From the NCBI RefSeq assembly GCF_964204645.1, contig NC_134035.1:8526451-8590450 (forward strand): a stretch of DNA of 64,000 nucleotides. Direction: 5' to 3'. Below the pieces are notes generated by a model. It worked only from the letters and a program-made list of their open reading frames with translations, was not told where the DNA came from and ran no database searches. Below, one piece after another: positions 1 to 11,212 of this stretch (its first letter is position 1; the number at the start of each line of letters is the position of its first letter). The DNA is from Tubulanus polymorphus (Eukaryota > Animalia > Nemertea). Both the position numbers and the translations under genes were made by a program.

Positions 1-409
1 ATACATCCGATTTCGGCTACGATAATAATATCGTTGATGCCATTACGACAGACGTAGTTTACCTTGGGATGTAATGTACATATCTATATAAATACAGCGC
101 TTTTAGAGCTCAATTTTGTGTCTTTCAGATTCGATCATCTCGAATAGTTCTCGAGCGTTGGCGACGTGGCCTATTTTGGTTTTTTGACCTCACTTGGATC
201 TTAAAGTTTCACGAAACAGTGTTAAAGTTTGTAAACAACCAAGCGTCAGTAATGCTAAAACGTTGGTTAAATCGTTGAATACCATAGTAAACGAACTTTT
301 TTAATTGTCACTATGTCAACTATCCATTGGTTAATAAACTGCAGCCTCTGGCTCCTCGTTATCGATAGTATTTGATAATTACATATGTACCAGCGCGTCC
401 CAGTTCTGG

Positions 410-580
410 TAATCTTCTGTCCCTACACCACTACATACCATCTTAAAACATTTGGCAGATGTTTGGCCATCTCTTGCCTCGGAACTCTTTGGATTTGAAC
501 ATCCGTAAAGTGCTGTGAACATTTTATTATCAAACAAAACAGGCGCTATACGGATTAACAAATAATATTACTATTATTAT
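410..580 (+). mobile_element. Degenerate L2/CR1-group LINE 3' end
   Basis: Broken frames give HLKTFGRC and (W>R)NSLDLNIRK, resembling the L2 ORF2 C-terminus (TFGxRxF...WNSLPxxIR). They are followed by GGCGCTATA and a (TAT)n-like tail typical of L2 3' ends. Confidence 0.5.
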
Positions 581-799
581 GAATGGTGCGTTTAACATTC
601 ACAACTACATTTTCTTTCCCGAAATCCACCTGGCCGATACTGCTGCGAAGCCTTTCATTCTCTTCTCTTTATTCAGCGCAACAATATACAATGCAAAGGC
701 TTTTCTTCATCTTCTGACTACGGTTATCTTACTGTAAATAACGTTAACCGAGTTTGTCATTATTCATTCTCCGAAAATATGTAAAAGTACAGTAACTAC

Positions 800-1135
800 T
801 TCCATGTAATCGCAGATCTTGCAATCGTCATCCTATACATGAACTGTAAGAAGAATACCGACTGTGCCATTGCGTTGCAGTTTACCCGTTAGTTTGCGAC
901 CGAACGACCCTGAGTTGAGGATGTCGTTGCCCACGCCGAAACGGTTTGTTAAAAGTCTGACGTACCGCTGTTGGCGATATACTCGACCCACATTTTCGTT
1001 AGTGTTGACCGTAATTTACAGCGAGCCGATGCGACTTCTTGTCACGTAGTTAGCAGCATCCGGCCACGGTTGAAGAGTCTTTAGACAAGTCCTGCGGACC
1101 GTGTTAGAAAACAAACACGTTCTAGCCGGAAAGCT
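800..1135 (-). pseudogene. Probable decayed, intronless C-type lectin domain
   Basis: One minus frame reads RTCLKTLQPWPDAANYVTRSRIGSL*ITVNTNENV...FGVGNDILNSGSFGR...*DDDCKICD, and a shifted frame gives NCNAM. The order matches CTLD motifs (C..W.DA..YC...GSL..I....EN; WIGLND...EG.F; C.AM; WND..C...IC). Stops at 1016-1018 and 833-835. Confidence 0.4.
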
Positions 1136-1595
1136 AGCGCTAACAATTCTCGGATATGACAACGGAGCGATGTGAACATGTGGCTCGAAGTAGGTGCTCA
1201 GCGCGGCAGTTCTCTCCCGACTCAAGGGATACATAGTTAACCTCGCCATCACATTAGGATATTTCGTTTAAAGTATAAAGAAGTTCACTGTTCCAATCGA
1301 TAAACAGTGTCTAATCACTGGGACAGTGTTTGGCCAGCGGTATATTGGTAAACGACTTCCCTATGATGAGAAATTGTATACGCAACAATATTATTTCCCG
1401 AGATGACATTGCAAGAATGTCTTATGCCGGGCGTAGGTCGACCTTGCTTCGGTAGCGTACGTATATTGCGTAATTTGTTGACAATAGATAATAGATATAA
1501 ATCATATAGTATTATTAAGGATCTATGAAGCTGTTTTTGTCTTGAATATATCGATAATTGAATTGAATTGACCGGCAACCGGTTTAGTCCCGATG

Positions 1596-1726
1596 TATTG
1601 ATGATGTAGTGCACATCCACTCAAAAAATAAAATAAGATTCATGAATTACTCAATAAACGCCAAAATTCATCATTGTTTGTATCAATTTGAAACGCCTAT
1701 ATTGATGACGTAGTGCACATCAACTC
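1596..1726. repeat. 27-bp imperfect direct repeat pair
   Basis: TATTGATGA(T/C)GTAGTGCACATC(C/A)ACTC at 1596-1622 and 1700-1726. Confidence 0.85.
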
Positions 1727-2345
1727 GAGCAGAACCCTTTAAAGCGCGTACTGAGTATCAATGTATATGAACATTATGGTGATGGTTTTTACAGCGTCGA
1801 AAAGTGTACTGAATATTATCATGGAACTGTACATCGCCACTACCCAGAACAATCAAATTCGTAAGTAACAATGTAGTCTTCTTCCCAACATGGTATTATC
1901 TGCGATATGGCGGGCTGCTTTCTATATGCATACGTTCATATTCGTAGCCTCTAGATACTGTTTTCTGTTACTTGATAATACGCTACTTCGCATTTCAATT
2001 ATTCGGAATCCGTGTTTGAGAATGACAACGCGATGAAACGGATCCGCGCAAACACCGAGGGCAAACAGAGAATCGCGGCGGCAGCGAGCTATAACACCGT
2101 TTCAAAGTGGAAGTATCAACGAGTTCGGTTCGAATAAACCGCGATGAAAATGTCAAATGTCTCGCATCTCGCCGGATCGAGCTATACGTTAGGCGTTGTT
2201 TTTATACAGGCTGATCGAAAGTGTTATGCCGTTAGTGACTTATTTTGCATTTTGGAACATTACGAACCTTGAGTGAAATCTTGCAACGTCGATTTTGTCG
2301 TCGATGTTTAAAAATCAACGTAAAGTGCTTGTAGATACCGGCAAG

Positions 2346-2484
2346 GCTACTGAGGGAAGCGAGGATTCGGCGAGGATCCACCAGGTGTCACTAGTGGCAC
2401 TGATTTACCAGGCTTCAATTTCTTCTACATTTCAAATAAATTCGAGTCATCTTTTACGATTAGTAAATCAATTTTCAGTGAAAT
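2346..2484 (+). repeat. Unclassified interspersed repeat family E (partial)
   Basis: GGCGAGGATCC(A/G)CCAGG...TTCAATTTCTTCTACAT core shared with 25178, 33070, 53457 and 63596. Confidence 0.75.
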
Positions 2485-3648
2485 AGATACCACGCAATGA
2501 GTGAGGAAAGGTATCTAAATCTACTCGATGACTCGTTTGATAATTTTCAGATTTAGATAACTAAGACATATTCTTATATTCTATTGCAGTGGCAGATCTC
2601 ATCTGTTCACGCGTTTTTTTTCCACGCTTAATTAAATCAGCCCGCGGCGTTAAGCACTTACTTACTCCGCAAATACTTATCAATCTAATCAGATGTTTCA
2701 TTATTTGAAGTATGAACGTTGAGGGTATACACACGAGCCAGATGTGCTTTCATATCGTGCGGTGCTTTTGTGCGAAAAACGAGTGCATTGCATCACAACT
2801 ACGCGCACAGTCCGATCGTTGTAGCCAAGATGGTGCCTTCTGGAAATGCGTAGTTGACGTCGGAACTTCCCGCTGAGGTCCTGACGATCCGTGTCGGAGT
2901 CCATCTCCATCGCGTCAATCGCTTAATCCATCCCGTATGAAAATAACGTCGAAAAGTGCCGACATCAAATCCCGATCGGCAAAGTGCACGAAAGCCGATC
3001 AAAATCCTCTCTTCGGCGTGTCTACCGCGTTTTTGAACGTTTGATTAATTACTTTAATTCCTTTCAAGTCTCGAAGCGAATATTCTTTTTCGTTTGACGG
3101 CGGGCGTTGAATTTCTTTCAATATCGCGCGTTATTCGGGAAAGCTGTCGTCGACAGTGATTAATACCGGTACGCGCCGCGCGCTCCGCCGGTGAAATAAG
3201 CAGCTATTCGCGCGCGAAGAATACCCTCCCTTGTTTTACGACGTTATTCCATTAGGGCTCGCATCGCGCTGTCTCGCGGACTTTCCACCATTAATTTCAG
3301 ATTACGGCGGTTTCTTTGATCCAAGATTCTAAAACGTACACGCGGGTTTCGACAAAAGAAAAAAAGAATTCTAGGTGACATTTTTAATCTTTGGCTTTGC
3401 AACTGTTTTTGATGATATTCGATTTCTGAAAAACGATAGACAACCGTTGATATTCTTCACTCCGGAAAGCAAGAGATACTTAAATAGGAACGACAGTAAA
3501 AAGATGAATGCCCATATGCTTAGAAACTTCTATAGATATGTTTTTGCGAAAGCAGACAAAATTTCATATCGCACTTATTCCAAAAAGAGGGTTTGTAGAA
3601 TCTCCGGCCGCCGTCATTTTTCGCCACGTAGCGGTCTTTTACGCGTAC

Positions 3649-3687
3649 GGTGTTCCACAAGGTTCTGTATTGGAACCTGTTTTATTT
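3649..3687 (+). mobile_element. Tiny non-LTR reverse transcriptase relic (GVPQGS motif)
   Basis: Translates GVPQGSVLEPVLF, matching the GVPQGSVLGPxLF RT motif of CR1/L2/Jockey-group LINEs. The flanks do not continue as RT. Confidence 0.7.
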
Positions 3688-3796
3688 GCTTTATAAGAAG
3701 TGTTCCGGAAGTTGTGTAGAATCGGCAAGTTCGGCGAATCGGCGATGTTTGTTGGACGAAAAATCAACGAAAAGACCTATCACTTATTTCGTTACG

Positions 3797-3968
3797 CCAC
3801 GTTTCGAGACTTATGTTAGAACTCAAATTTCAATTGTGTTCTTCGATTTAAACAAAAATTCTGTAAATTCGACAGCCGATCACACTACTATATCTTTACT
3901 TGGATTTCCGATTTCAAAATAGAACCCACTGTTTCGCTTCCGGTAGTGTTGGTGGGCTTTTAAGGGAC
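3797..3968 (-). mobile_element. Repeat family D (probable Penelope pLTR/retrozyme-like segment) with decayed hammerhead
   Basis: GCCGATCACAC.ACTATATCT.TACTT.GATTTCCGATTTCAAAAT is shared with 47995-48150 (inverted) and in part with 36748-36822. The minus strand ends in GAG...CTC-GAAACGT. Confidence 0.65.
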
Positions 3969-4029
3969 ACCATAATCAAAACAATTCAAACGGAATCTAT
4001 AACCAATCAAATAAATAACATGGACAATC

Positions 4030-4125
4030 CTTCACCCAGTCCTGGTACATTGTTTTCCTTACAAAGATCTCCATCTTTCTACTACGACACGAGTGTCATC
4101 AGCCACTTTAAGGTTCTCGGTGAAG
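4030..4125 (+). mobile_element. ~100-bp MITE family B copy
   Basis: Termini CTTCACCCAG / CTCGGTGAAG; flanks GACAATC / GGCAATC (imperfect TSD). Homologues at 5724 and 21381. Confidence 0.7.
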
Positions 4126-5348
4126 GGCAATCTTTGTATAAGATCAAATAGGAATATCTCAATACGGTATTGCGAATATCAGTCGTATCATAGAAAATGT
4201 ACTTTTTTGATATTATTTGTTAAAAGATTCCACGCAAACGTTTTATCGGCTTGTAGATTCCCCTTAATCGTGTTCGACAAAGACGTTAAAGCAGGCCAAT
4301 AACGAACCACGCGTGAAATGCGCGTAGTTCGTTAGTTTTTATAGGGTACTTATTAACTCTACGGGATTAAGAGATTATATATTCACTGACCGACTGCGAC
4401 TCAATTAGTCGAATATATTTAGTCGTATTTATGTGAACACCGTTTAAAACGTCGAAATAAACTAAGTGGATCATCGCGTTATGATAAACGTCAACTATGA
4501 CTCGGTTAATATCGGTCTTTTCACTCGTTGAATAGCTGGTTTTGATAACGATCGGTGTACTACACGGGAGATAATCCGGATTAGAGGGAAACGGGTGCGA
4601 TTTATTACTTTATTACTGCGTTTGTTCTCTAATCCGTTAATAAATGTTCAAAGGTTTCGAATCTCGGGCGTTTGTCTATCGTCGAAATAACTATTGAAAT
4701 CGCGTTTTACGATCCCAATTAAGAGAAGGTCGGTCGTTTTAACCGGCTTTTCGTCGAGTTGTACTGACCGTTGGTTTTGGTTCGTGAGTTTCGAGATCGT
4801 CCATTAACTTTTGATATAATCACCAATTAATGCAAGCAACGCATGAAATTGACCATAGCCACACGGATAATTGGCACTGATTCTTAGAAACATTTACACG
4901 GACATCTTCAAGCACAAGGTAAGCAGTTCGTCGTTCTTTTCACTTACATAAAGCGATGAGAGAAAACGTCATGAAAAGATAAAATCACGCCTTTACACGC
5001 GTTGAAATTGGCAAAAAAAATTATCCGTGAGCAAATATCATGATGTCCATTGATAGACAATCCCGTCGGCGTTGTGGCGATTATAGAGAAAATCCCACAC
5101 TTATCACAAAATGAATCTTCTCTGAAAAAATGTTTTGAAGGATATTGTCGAAACATTGAATAAACTACCAGCTCAAGGCAACAATTTTCACTCTGCGTGA
5201 ATGGTAATTTCTATGATATATTATGATTTATAATTTACTCGCGTATTAGATTGATACAAAGTTGGTGATTACACTATGATGCTCAACAGTATGATAATAT
5301 AACAACGCTCATTGTGGCGATAGATTATGCAAGGAATTAGGAAAAGTA

Positions 5349-5626
5349 CGGAAGCTCCTGGGGACATAATCAATATTTTTTAATTCTCTACTGGTTGAAA
5401 AATCATAAAATCAAATAAAAATTCGATATTTTATTAAATGTTATCTTCGACCGACGTTGATTTAATTCCGACTTTTTTCACGGAATTAAATCCCTTTTCA
5501 TTTGATTTTATCTTTTTTCGACCGGCGGTGATTAATTCATCTTTTAATTCATAGCTTAGAATATTTAGCTATGATTTTTCAATCAACAAAAATAAATAAA
5601 TTGATTATGTCCCCAGGACGCTTCCG
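5349..5626. mobile_element. 278-bp MITE with TA flanks
   Basis: TA|CGGAAGCTCCTGGGGACATAATCAAT ... ATTGATTATGTCCCCAGGACGCTTCCG|TA, plus an inner inverted TTGAAAAATCATA/TATGATTTTTCAA pair. Confidence 0.85.
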
Positions 5627-5723
5627 TAGAAAAGCAAGCATATTGTATTTGTATTATAATGTATGGCGTATTGTATTTGTCAATATATTATAATGACTCA
5701 ATAATTTCACCTGTGGTTCATTA

Positions 5724-5829
5724 TTCACCAAGAACCTTAATGTCTGATGTACTACAGTTGGTTACACCAGGATCGTAGTAGAGCGATGGAGATCTCTGTG
5801 GAGACAACCAATACCTGGACTGGGTGAAG
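5724..5829 (-). mobile_element. MITE family B copy
   Basis: Reverse complement reads CTTCACCCAGTCCAGGTA...AGATCTCCATCGCTCTACTACGATCC...AAGGTTCTTGGTGAA, homologous to 4030 and 21381. Confidence 0.75.
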
Positions 5830-5945
5830 TCCATCCGTTCAGTCTATACTTACTTTGACTCAATTAGCAATGTCATTTCCTAATATTGATACCGCCGTTT
5901 ATTTGGCAGTTAACATTATATGAAAAGAAATATCATCGTTATCAT

Positions 5946-6271
5946 CATCCTCCCACGGCAGGGATTCGTACCTGATGGCATCGCTACACTCAGCCACGGC
6001 ACGAACCCCTGTCACACTAGACCGGGTGCGCAGGCACATTGCACATTGCGCACGAAAACTTGCGGAACCAATCAGATTGCTCGTTGTAGAATCGCTGAGG
6101 TAGATTTCACGGTAGAACTATAAATGGGAAAACCCGGGCTAAATGAAACGGGATATCTGATTGGCTTTTAATGACATCATCTATAAGCTGCGCACTCGGT
6201 CTAGTGTGGCAGGGTTTCGTACCGTGGCAATCTCGATTCCATCAGGTTCGAATCCCTGCCAGTGGAGGATG
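5946..6271 (+). mobile_element. 326-bp MITE family A (long tRNA-like TIRs, 9-bp TSD; Mutator-like architecture)
   Basis: ~85-bp imperfect TIRs with ends CATCCTCC...GGAGGATG; perfect 9-bp TSD CGTTATCAT at 5937-5945 and 6272-6280. Other copies at 14515, 18698 and 54828. Confidence 0.9.
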
Positions 6272-8149
6272 CGTTATCATTTACTAAACACATCTTCACA
6301 CTATTTCAAAACATGAAAAATCGTTCCGAATTTGCAACCGAAAAGATCTATGGATCGATCGATCTACGGATTGCCCTGATCGTTTGACATATGTATTAGG
6401 AGGGGGGTTCATTGCGTTTCATTGCGGGGGGTTTGTTACCCGACAAAGGCTAAATTTCCTCGCAGTTTCATTTCGCACATACTGACAATATTCTGAATAG
6501 CAGCAACAATACCGTGCGTATAGGTAGCAATCAAAACGGAAGGATACGCATTAATTTATTGGGTATAATATTGGGTATAATATATGAATGTGAATCTATA
6601 CAAAGTTATTGGAAGTGCTTATAGTAATATTCGAATATCAAATAATAGCTAATATGCGCTATTAGATAGATTGCGATCATACGATTCATTGCCGCGAACG
6701 TGGTTCACAAGAATGCATTCGGCGTGTTCAATAATGAATTCAAAGAGGAAAATCAAAAGAAAAACGCATTCTATTTTGTGATGTGAAACGGTGGTAGAAA
6801 GTGAAACACGAGTTTATTTTCTTGAGATTGAAATGTTCAGTGATCGATTGGTTACATTTATAGTATGTAGTCATTAACCTCTTGTGGCACATATCGTCAA
6901 TACGGCAACGATTTTGATCATTCACGTGATTTGCTCGTTGTCACGGATTAGTTAAGTTATATGTGCCGATAATTCTTATTCAGTTGTTGTCTGAAATTGC
7001 ACAATCGCGAAATCAACAAGTTTTGAGTTTCCACGAAACAGGATAGAATAGACGTTATGGCTTTTACGGCTTAAAGTTGTTACAAACTGGATGGTAGGCC
7101 TACTTCGTCTTGGGCAAAATTTTCCTGAATTATTATTTCGAAACGCGTCGCCTATTGCACACTTATGTACTTAGCGTATGGGCGGGCAAGGCTTCCCGGA
7201 AAAGGGAACGAGCGAACATCGCGATCTTAAAATGTTATCTTACGACTCGAGGCAGAAGCGGCGACGACTTGAAACTATGAGTAACAGAAAAATGCTAAGT
7301 CGATCGATGGCGCTTAAATGAAGGCTAGCCAGCATTCCCTCCGGCCATCGTTTCTCTCTAAACCCTCTGTCGAGGTAATATCAACGGCCGTATACGCATA
7401 TACATCGTCTGTATTTCGTTGTTATTCTTGGGGAAGGACGAATTGATAATCTCGCTCTACGGGGGTTTACGTAACAGATGTCTGGAACAAGTCCGTCGAG
7501 TGCGCTCGATCAGATGATGTGTCAATTTGTCTGCAAAAATTCTATGCGCATCAGACGAGTAGACATACATATTACGCGGTCGTCGCTTTTCATCAACTGC
7601 CATTTTTACGACACATTAACGAACGTTGAAACTGTTTTGCATGATTAGAACCAATTAAACTCTCGGCGCGACGAACAATATCCTTTCGCAATAGCTTTCA
7701 TTGCAGTTTTAATGGGTATTCGCATCGTCGACGATCCAATAATGATTTTGTAATGATGTTTCCTCGACGTTGGAATGGTTTTTCGCCGCCGAAGCGATTG
7801 TGCAATAAATGACATTGTGAAATCCATTTCCAGAAAGAATGCGCGATAAAACGAAGTTGATGACTTTTTTTACCGATGATAACCGATCGTGCAAAAACAG
7901 TCATTTCGAAGCGTTCAATAAACGTCCCGAAATCGATCTATGCAAATCTACCCTTAGTAACCTAGATATAATAATAATCTGCCTACCACAATGATAATGA
8001 TATTAATAATGATATGATATAATGATAATAATCTAATTGATAGATAATACAAACGTAGCACAGTTCAACGGATCACAGCTGCGATTAGTGAAAACCTTCA
8101 AAATTTCAGCAGCCGCGGACACATTGGTCAATAAACTTTTAATCATTGC

Positions 8150-8675
8150 AAACGTGCTGAGAAATCTTTTTGAAATTAAATCTAATTTTTTATGCAAATT
8201 TTTGCCATCAATTACATTATATCCTATACATGGGAATACATGTACGTAATAATGTGCCTTATAGGCCAAACTCTAGTCGGTTGGTTAGAGATCAGCATAG
8301 TAACCATTTTATACATACTCCGTATACCGAACTTTTCAATACACTGACCACGAATATGAAATATGAAATTATAAAATGGCGGAAGAATTTGGAACTTAAG
8401 CAATACATGATTTACTATAGGAGAATGATGTTTTAGCAAAATAATTATTCTAATTCTTCTGTCTTATTGGAATAAAACTTATCAAAATGTCTATAGGCCC
8501 TTGAGAGGTCGAAGCTGGAACCTCAACCAAATTTGCCGTCGAGACTTTTTGGCTTGTACTTTGCATTGTTTCTGATATTGTTCTGATATTGTATTGTATT
8601 GAAATTTATGCTGTATTGTCTTTTTGCTCTAAGCAAATGTACTTCTGTGAGCAATGAAATATATTCTATTCTATA
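8150..8675 (+). mobile_element. Degenerate CR1-group (Crack/Daphne-like) LINE 3' end
   Basis: ORF remnant ...HFIHTPYT...NMKYEIIKWRKNLELKQYMIYY resembles the LINE ORF2 C-terminus. The 3' UTR TGCTCTAAGCAAATG...GTGAGCAATGAAA plus (TATTC)n tail recurs at 15420-15525. Confidence 0.5.
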
Positions 8676-9080
8676 CCACTGATAGATCGTTTATGTTAAA
8701 TTTCGAATCGCCCAAATGAATAGTCTAATTCCGTATAGTGTCCGTGTATAAGGTATGGGGCAGCGTGCGCGCACTTTAGTTTTCATACTGGCCTCATTAA
8801 AGCAATTAATCAAATCCGCGGGAGATGTAAACGGCGATCGTCCAGGTAATCAACATTTGCTCGGTTGAAATCCTCCGTATCTAAAGATGATTAATTCGAA
8901 GCAATTATACGGTTAAATCTGTCGGATCGGTTGTTCAGATAACAACTAACTGACCCGATACTACACAACGTTTTGCGCTTCGTATCGCTGGACCGATCCT
9001 AGAGCAGCTAGACTCTGTGTACCGTGCATACAAACCTCATGAACACCATTGATAAAACACTATATCCGTGTTGTGACGAT

Positions 9081-9190
9081 AATATAAACGATAATTCCCA
9101 AAATGAAGACGAAAAATAATCGAGTCCGAAAATGTTTCACTGAGCTAATCCTTTATTCGACGTTTCGCCTATAAACTACTCTATCATATC
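9081..9190 (-). mobile_element. Penelope pLTR-type fragment (family P2) with decayed hammerhead
   Basis: Minus strand ...GGCGAAACGTCGAATAAA...GCTCAGTGAAACATTTTCGGAC...; homologous to 27791-27966, 48150-48235 and 53995-54065. Confidence 0.6.
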
Positions 9191-10437
9191 ACCATTTTAT
9201 CATTTTTACACAAAAAAAAATATATTGATATTAGACGAAGGAATGCTCCGAAAGCCACAGTTCGCTTATACAAATAAAAGCAGGCCCCTTACTTAAGACG
9301 AACACTACATATGGCGGGGAAAAATTTCATTATACGAATAATACCTGGTACTGACATATAATTACTCTTTGGGTTATTGTATTTCGAATTCAGAAATACC
9401 GATAAACAAGATGATTCTTAGCGTTTTTTTTAAATGAAGAAAAACACGTTTTGATTTTTTCTCGTGAATCTATCTCCTGATTTATTCGGGCCCTAGAACT
9501 TTCATTGAACAGTTCCTGTACGGTCCAGAACATCGAATATCGAAGTCATAACGATTCCGGGTTAACTGATTTCAGGAGGGAAACGACTTTCGAAACTCCA
9601 GGGAATATCATTAAAAAATATCACATATTAAAAAAACAAATTTTAAGAATTTAAGTTTAGCTTGGATTTTTGGCAAACTTTAAATAGTTATCGACTTATA
9701 TTACATTACCATATTATCATCTGTAATTTTCTAATGTAATTTAATTCGCAGATAAAGAATAATAAATAACAATAAAAATGGTGGTCAATATTTTTCACTA
9801 TATGATAATATCGAAATTGTTATACAAACGTTATTGTTCAGAAAGTACAATAATAATCGAATTGAACACGATGTTAAATAGATGCGGCTGATTTTGAAAA
9901 CTCTCGCGTTGAGACGTAACTTTTCGATGAACGCCCACTTCAATCTATCAGTTACAAGTGCCTCAATCGAATGTTCAATAGCGTTTTTCTCCTCTAAGTA
10001 GAGACTATCGTCAATTGATACGCTGTAATCACGCGTCGCCTGGGACGCGCATTGAATTCATAAGCGCCATCTCGAATGCACGAAGCCGCTTTAATCGAAA
10101 GGACCTCTCGAATCGAAAGCGTCGATAAATAAAGAGTTTACTAATTCCTTAGCAGACGTCAAAAACACATTTCACGTTCACATAATCGGTCGTCCCTAAG
10201 AGAAACAAAACAGAACAGAAACAGCGCGCGCACGTCAATATAATTTCGAACTGATCGTGAACTATTTCATCGGCGAATGGAGAAAAAAATCTCCGTCGAG
10301 ATATTACCTCACGGTGCGCGCGCGGTCGATAAATCCGATCGACGTTCCGAGCACGGATTTTCGATTTATACCTGTCGCGACATTAAAGGCGGTTTCCGGT
10401 CGTAGGACGGCTTACAGAAAAAACGTCGTTATTAAAA

Positions 10438-10473
<36 letters not shown>
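10438..10473. repeat. (ACG)12 microsatellite
   Basis: Perfect trinucleotide run. Confidence 0.98.
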
Positions 10474-10985
10474 TGGATTTAATTCGAGTTCTGGCCAGCC
10501 ATCGGGCCTTTCGATATTAAGACTCCCTGCCGTTGCATTTTTCTCTGGGAAAATCTACTCATTTATATCCATTTCACGGTGACAGCTCTCTCGTTTTAAT
10601 CGATTAGTATAGGTTTTCTTCAGAGCCAAATCAGAAATACAACATAAACAACGTGATGTGAACGTTGCTTAGCTTCGCTCGCATTTCGGCCGATATCGTG
10701 GTTACGGCTACAGCATGAAACTTTAACGAACGCGACGCACGTTTCTTCGTGAATTAGAAGGTACTCAATATTAATAACTCTATACACTTTGATGTAAAAT
10801 GCAATCGATGTCCCCCAGGTTTAGTCGAATCCATCATTATATTTATAGCTGTACGGAGCTCGGATTTCGTGTCGCGAAGGAGCATTAATCAAAATCTAGC
10901 GTCAGGATTAAGTTGCTGTCGGCAACTTGAACAATAGATTATTCGTGATGATAAGGGTGTTGTAGAGGAGCAGTGTTAATAACGT

Positions 10986-11090
10986 GGATCCAGTTCCTCA
11001 GCTGTGAGTTAAGATTTGATTCAGAGTTGTAATATCGAAATTGAACTAATTTTAACACAAAACTTTATTCAACTCACATCTCTGAAACCC
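10986..11090. mobile_element. Degenerate copy of Harbinger-like MITE family C
   Basis: GATCCAGTTCCTCAGCTGTGAGTTAAGATTTGA...AACTCACA matches the TIR of 42447-42549. Confidence 0.65.
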
Positions 11091-11129
11091 AGATACCAAA
11101 TTGATATACCTAAAAACAGCTTGTTGCCT

Positions 11130-11212
11130 AATTACTTATAGATTCACTGATTTTATTGGAAATCACGAGCTTTCGCGACGAGTAGACTAGCTTTATCAAG
11201 CTAATGAGTCGT
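11130..11212 (-). mobile_element. Neptune-type pLTR fragment with decayed hammerhead
   Basis: Minus strand TTGATAAAGCTAG...CGAAAGCTCGTG...AATAAA parallels CTGATGAAGCT...CGAAAGCTCGTG...AATAAA at 38000-38037. Confidence 0.65.

Noticed and set aside
5955-6020. Hammerhead-like CTGATGG...CGAA in family A TIRs
   Set aside because: The core is CUGAUGG (A9 missing), stem I cannot form, and the NUH position is wrong. The fold is explained by the TIR's internal hairpin.
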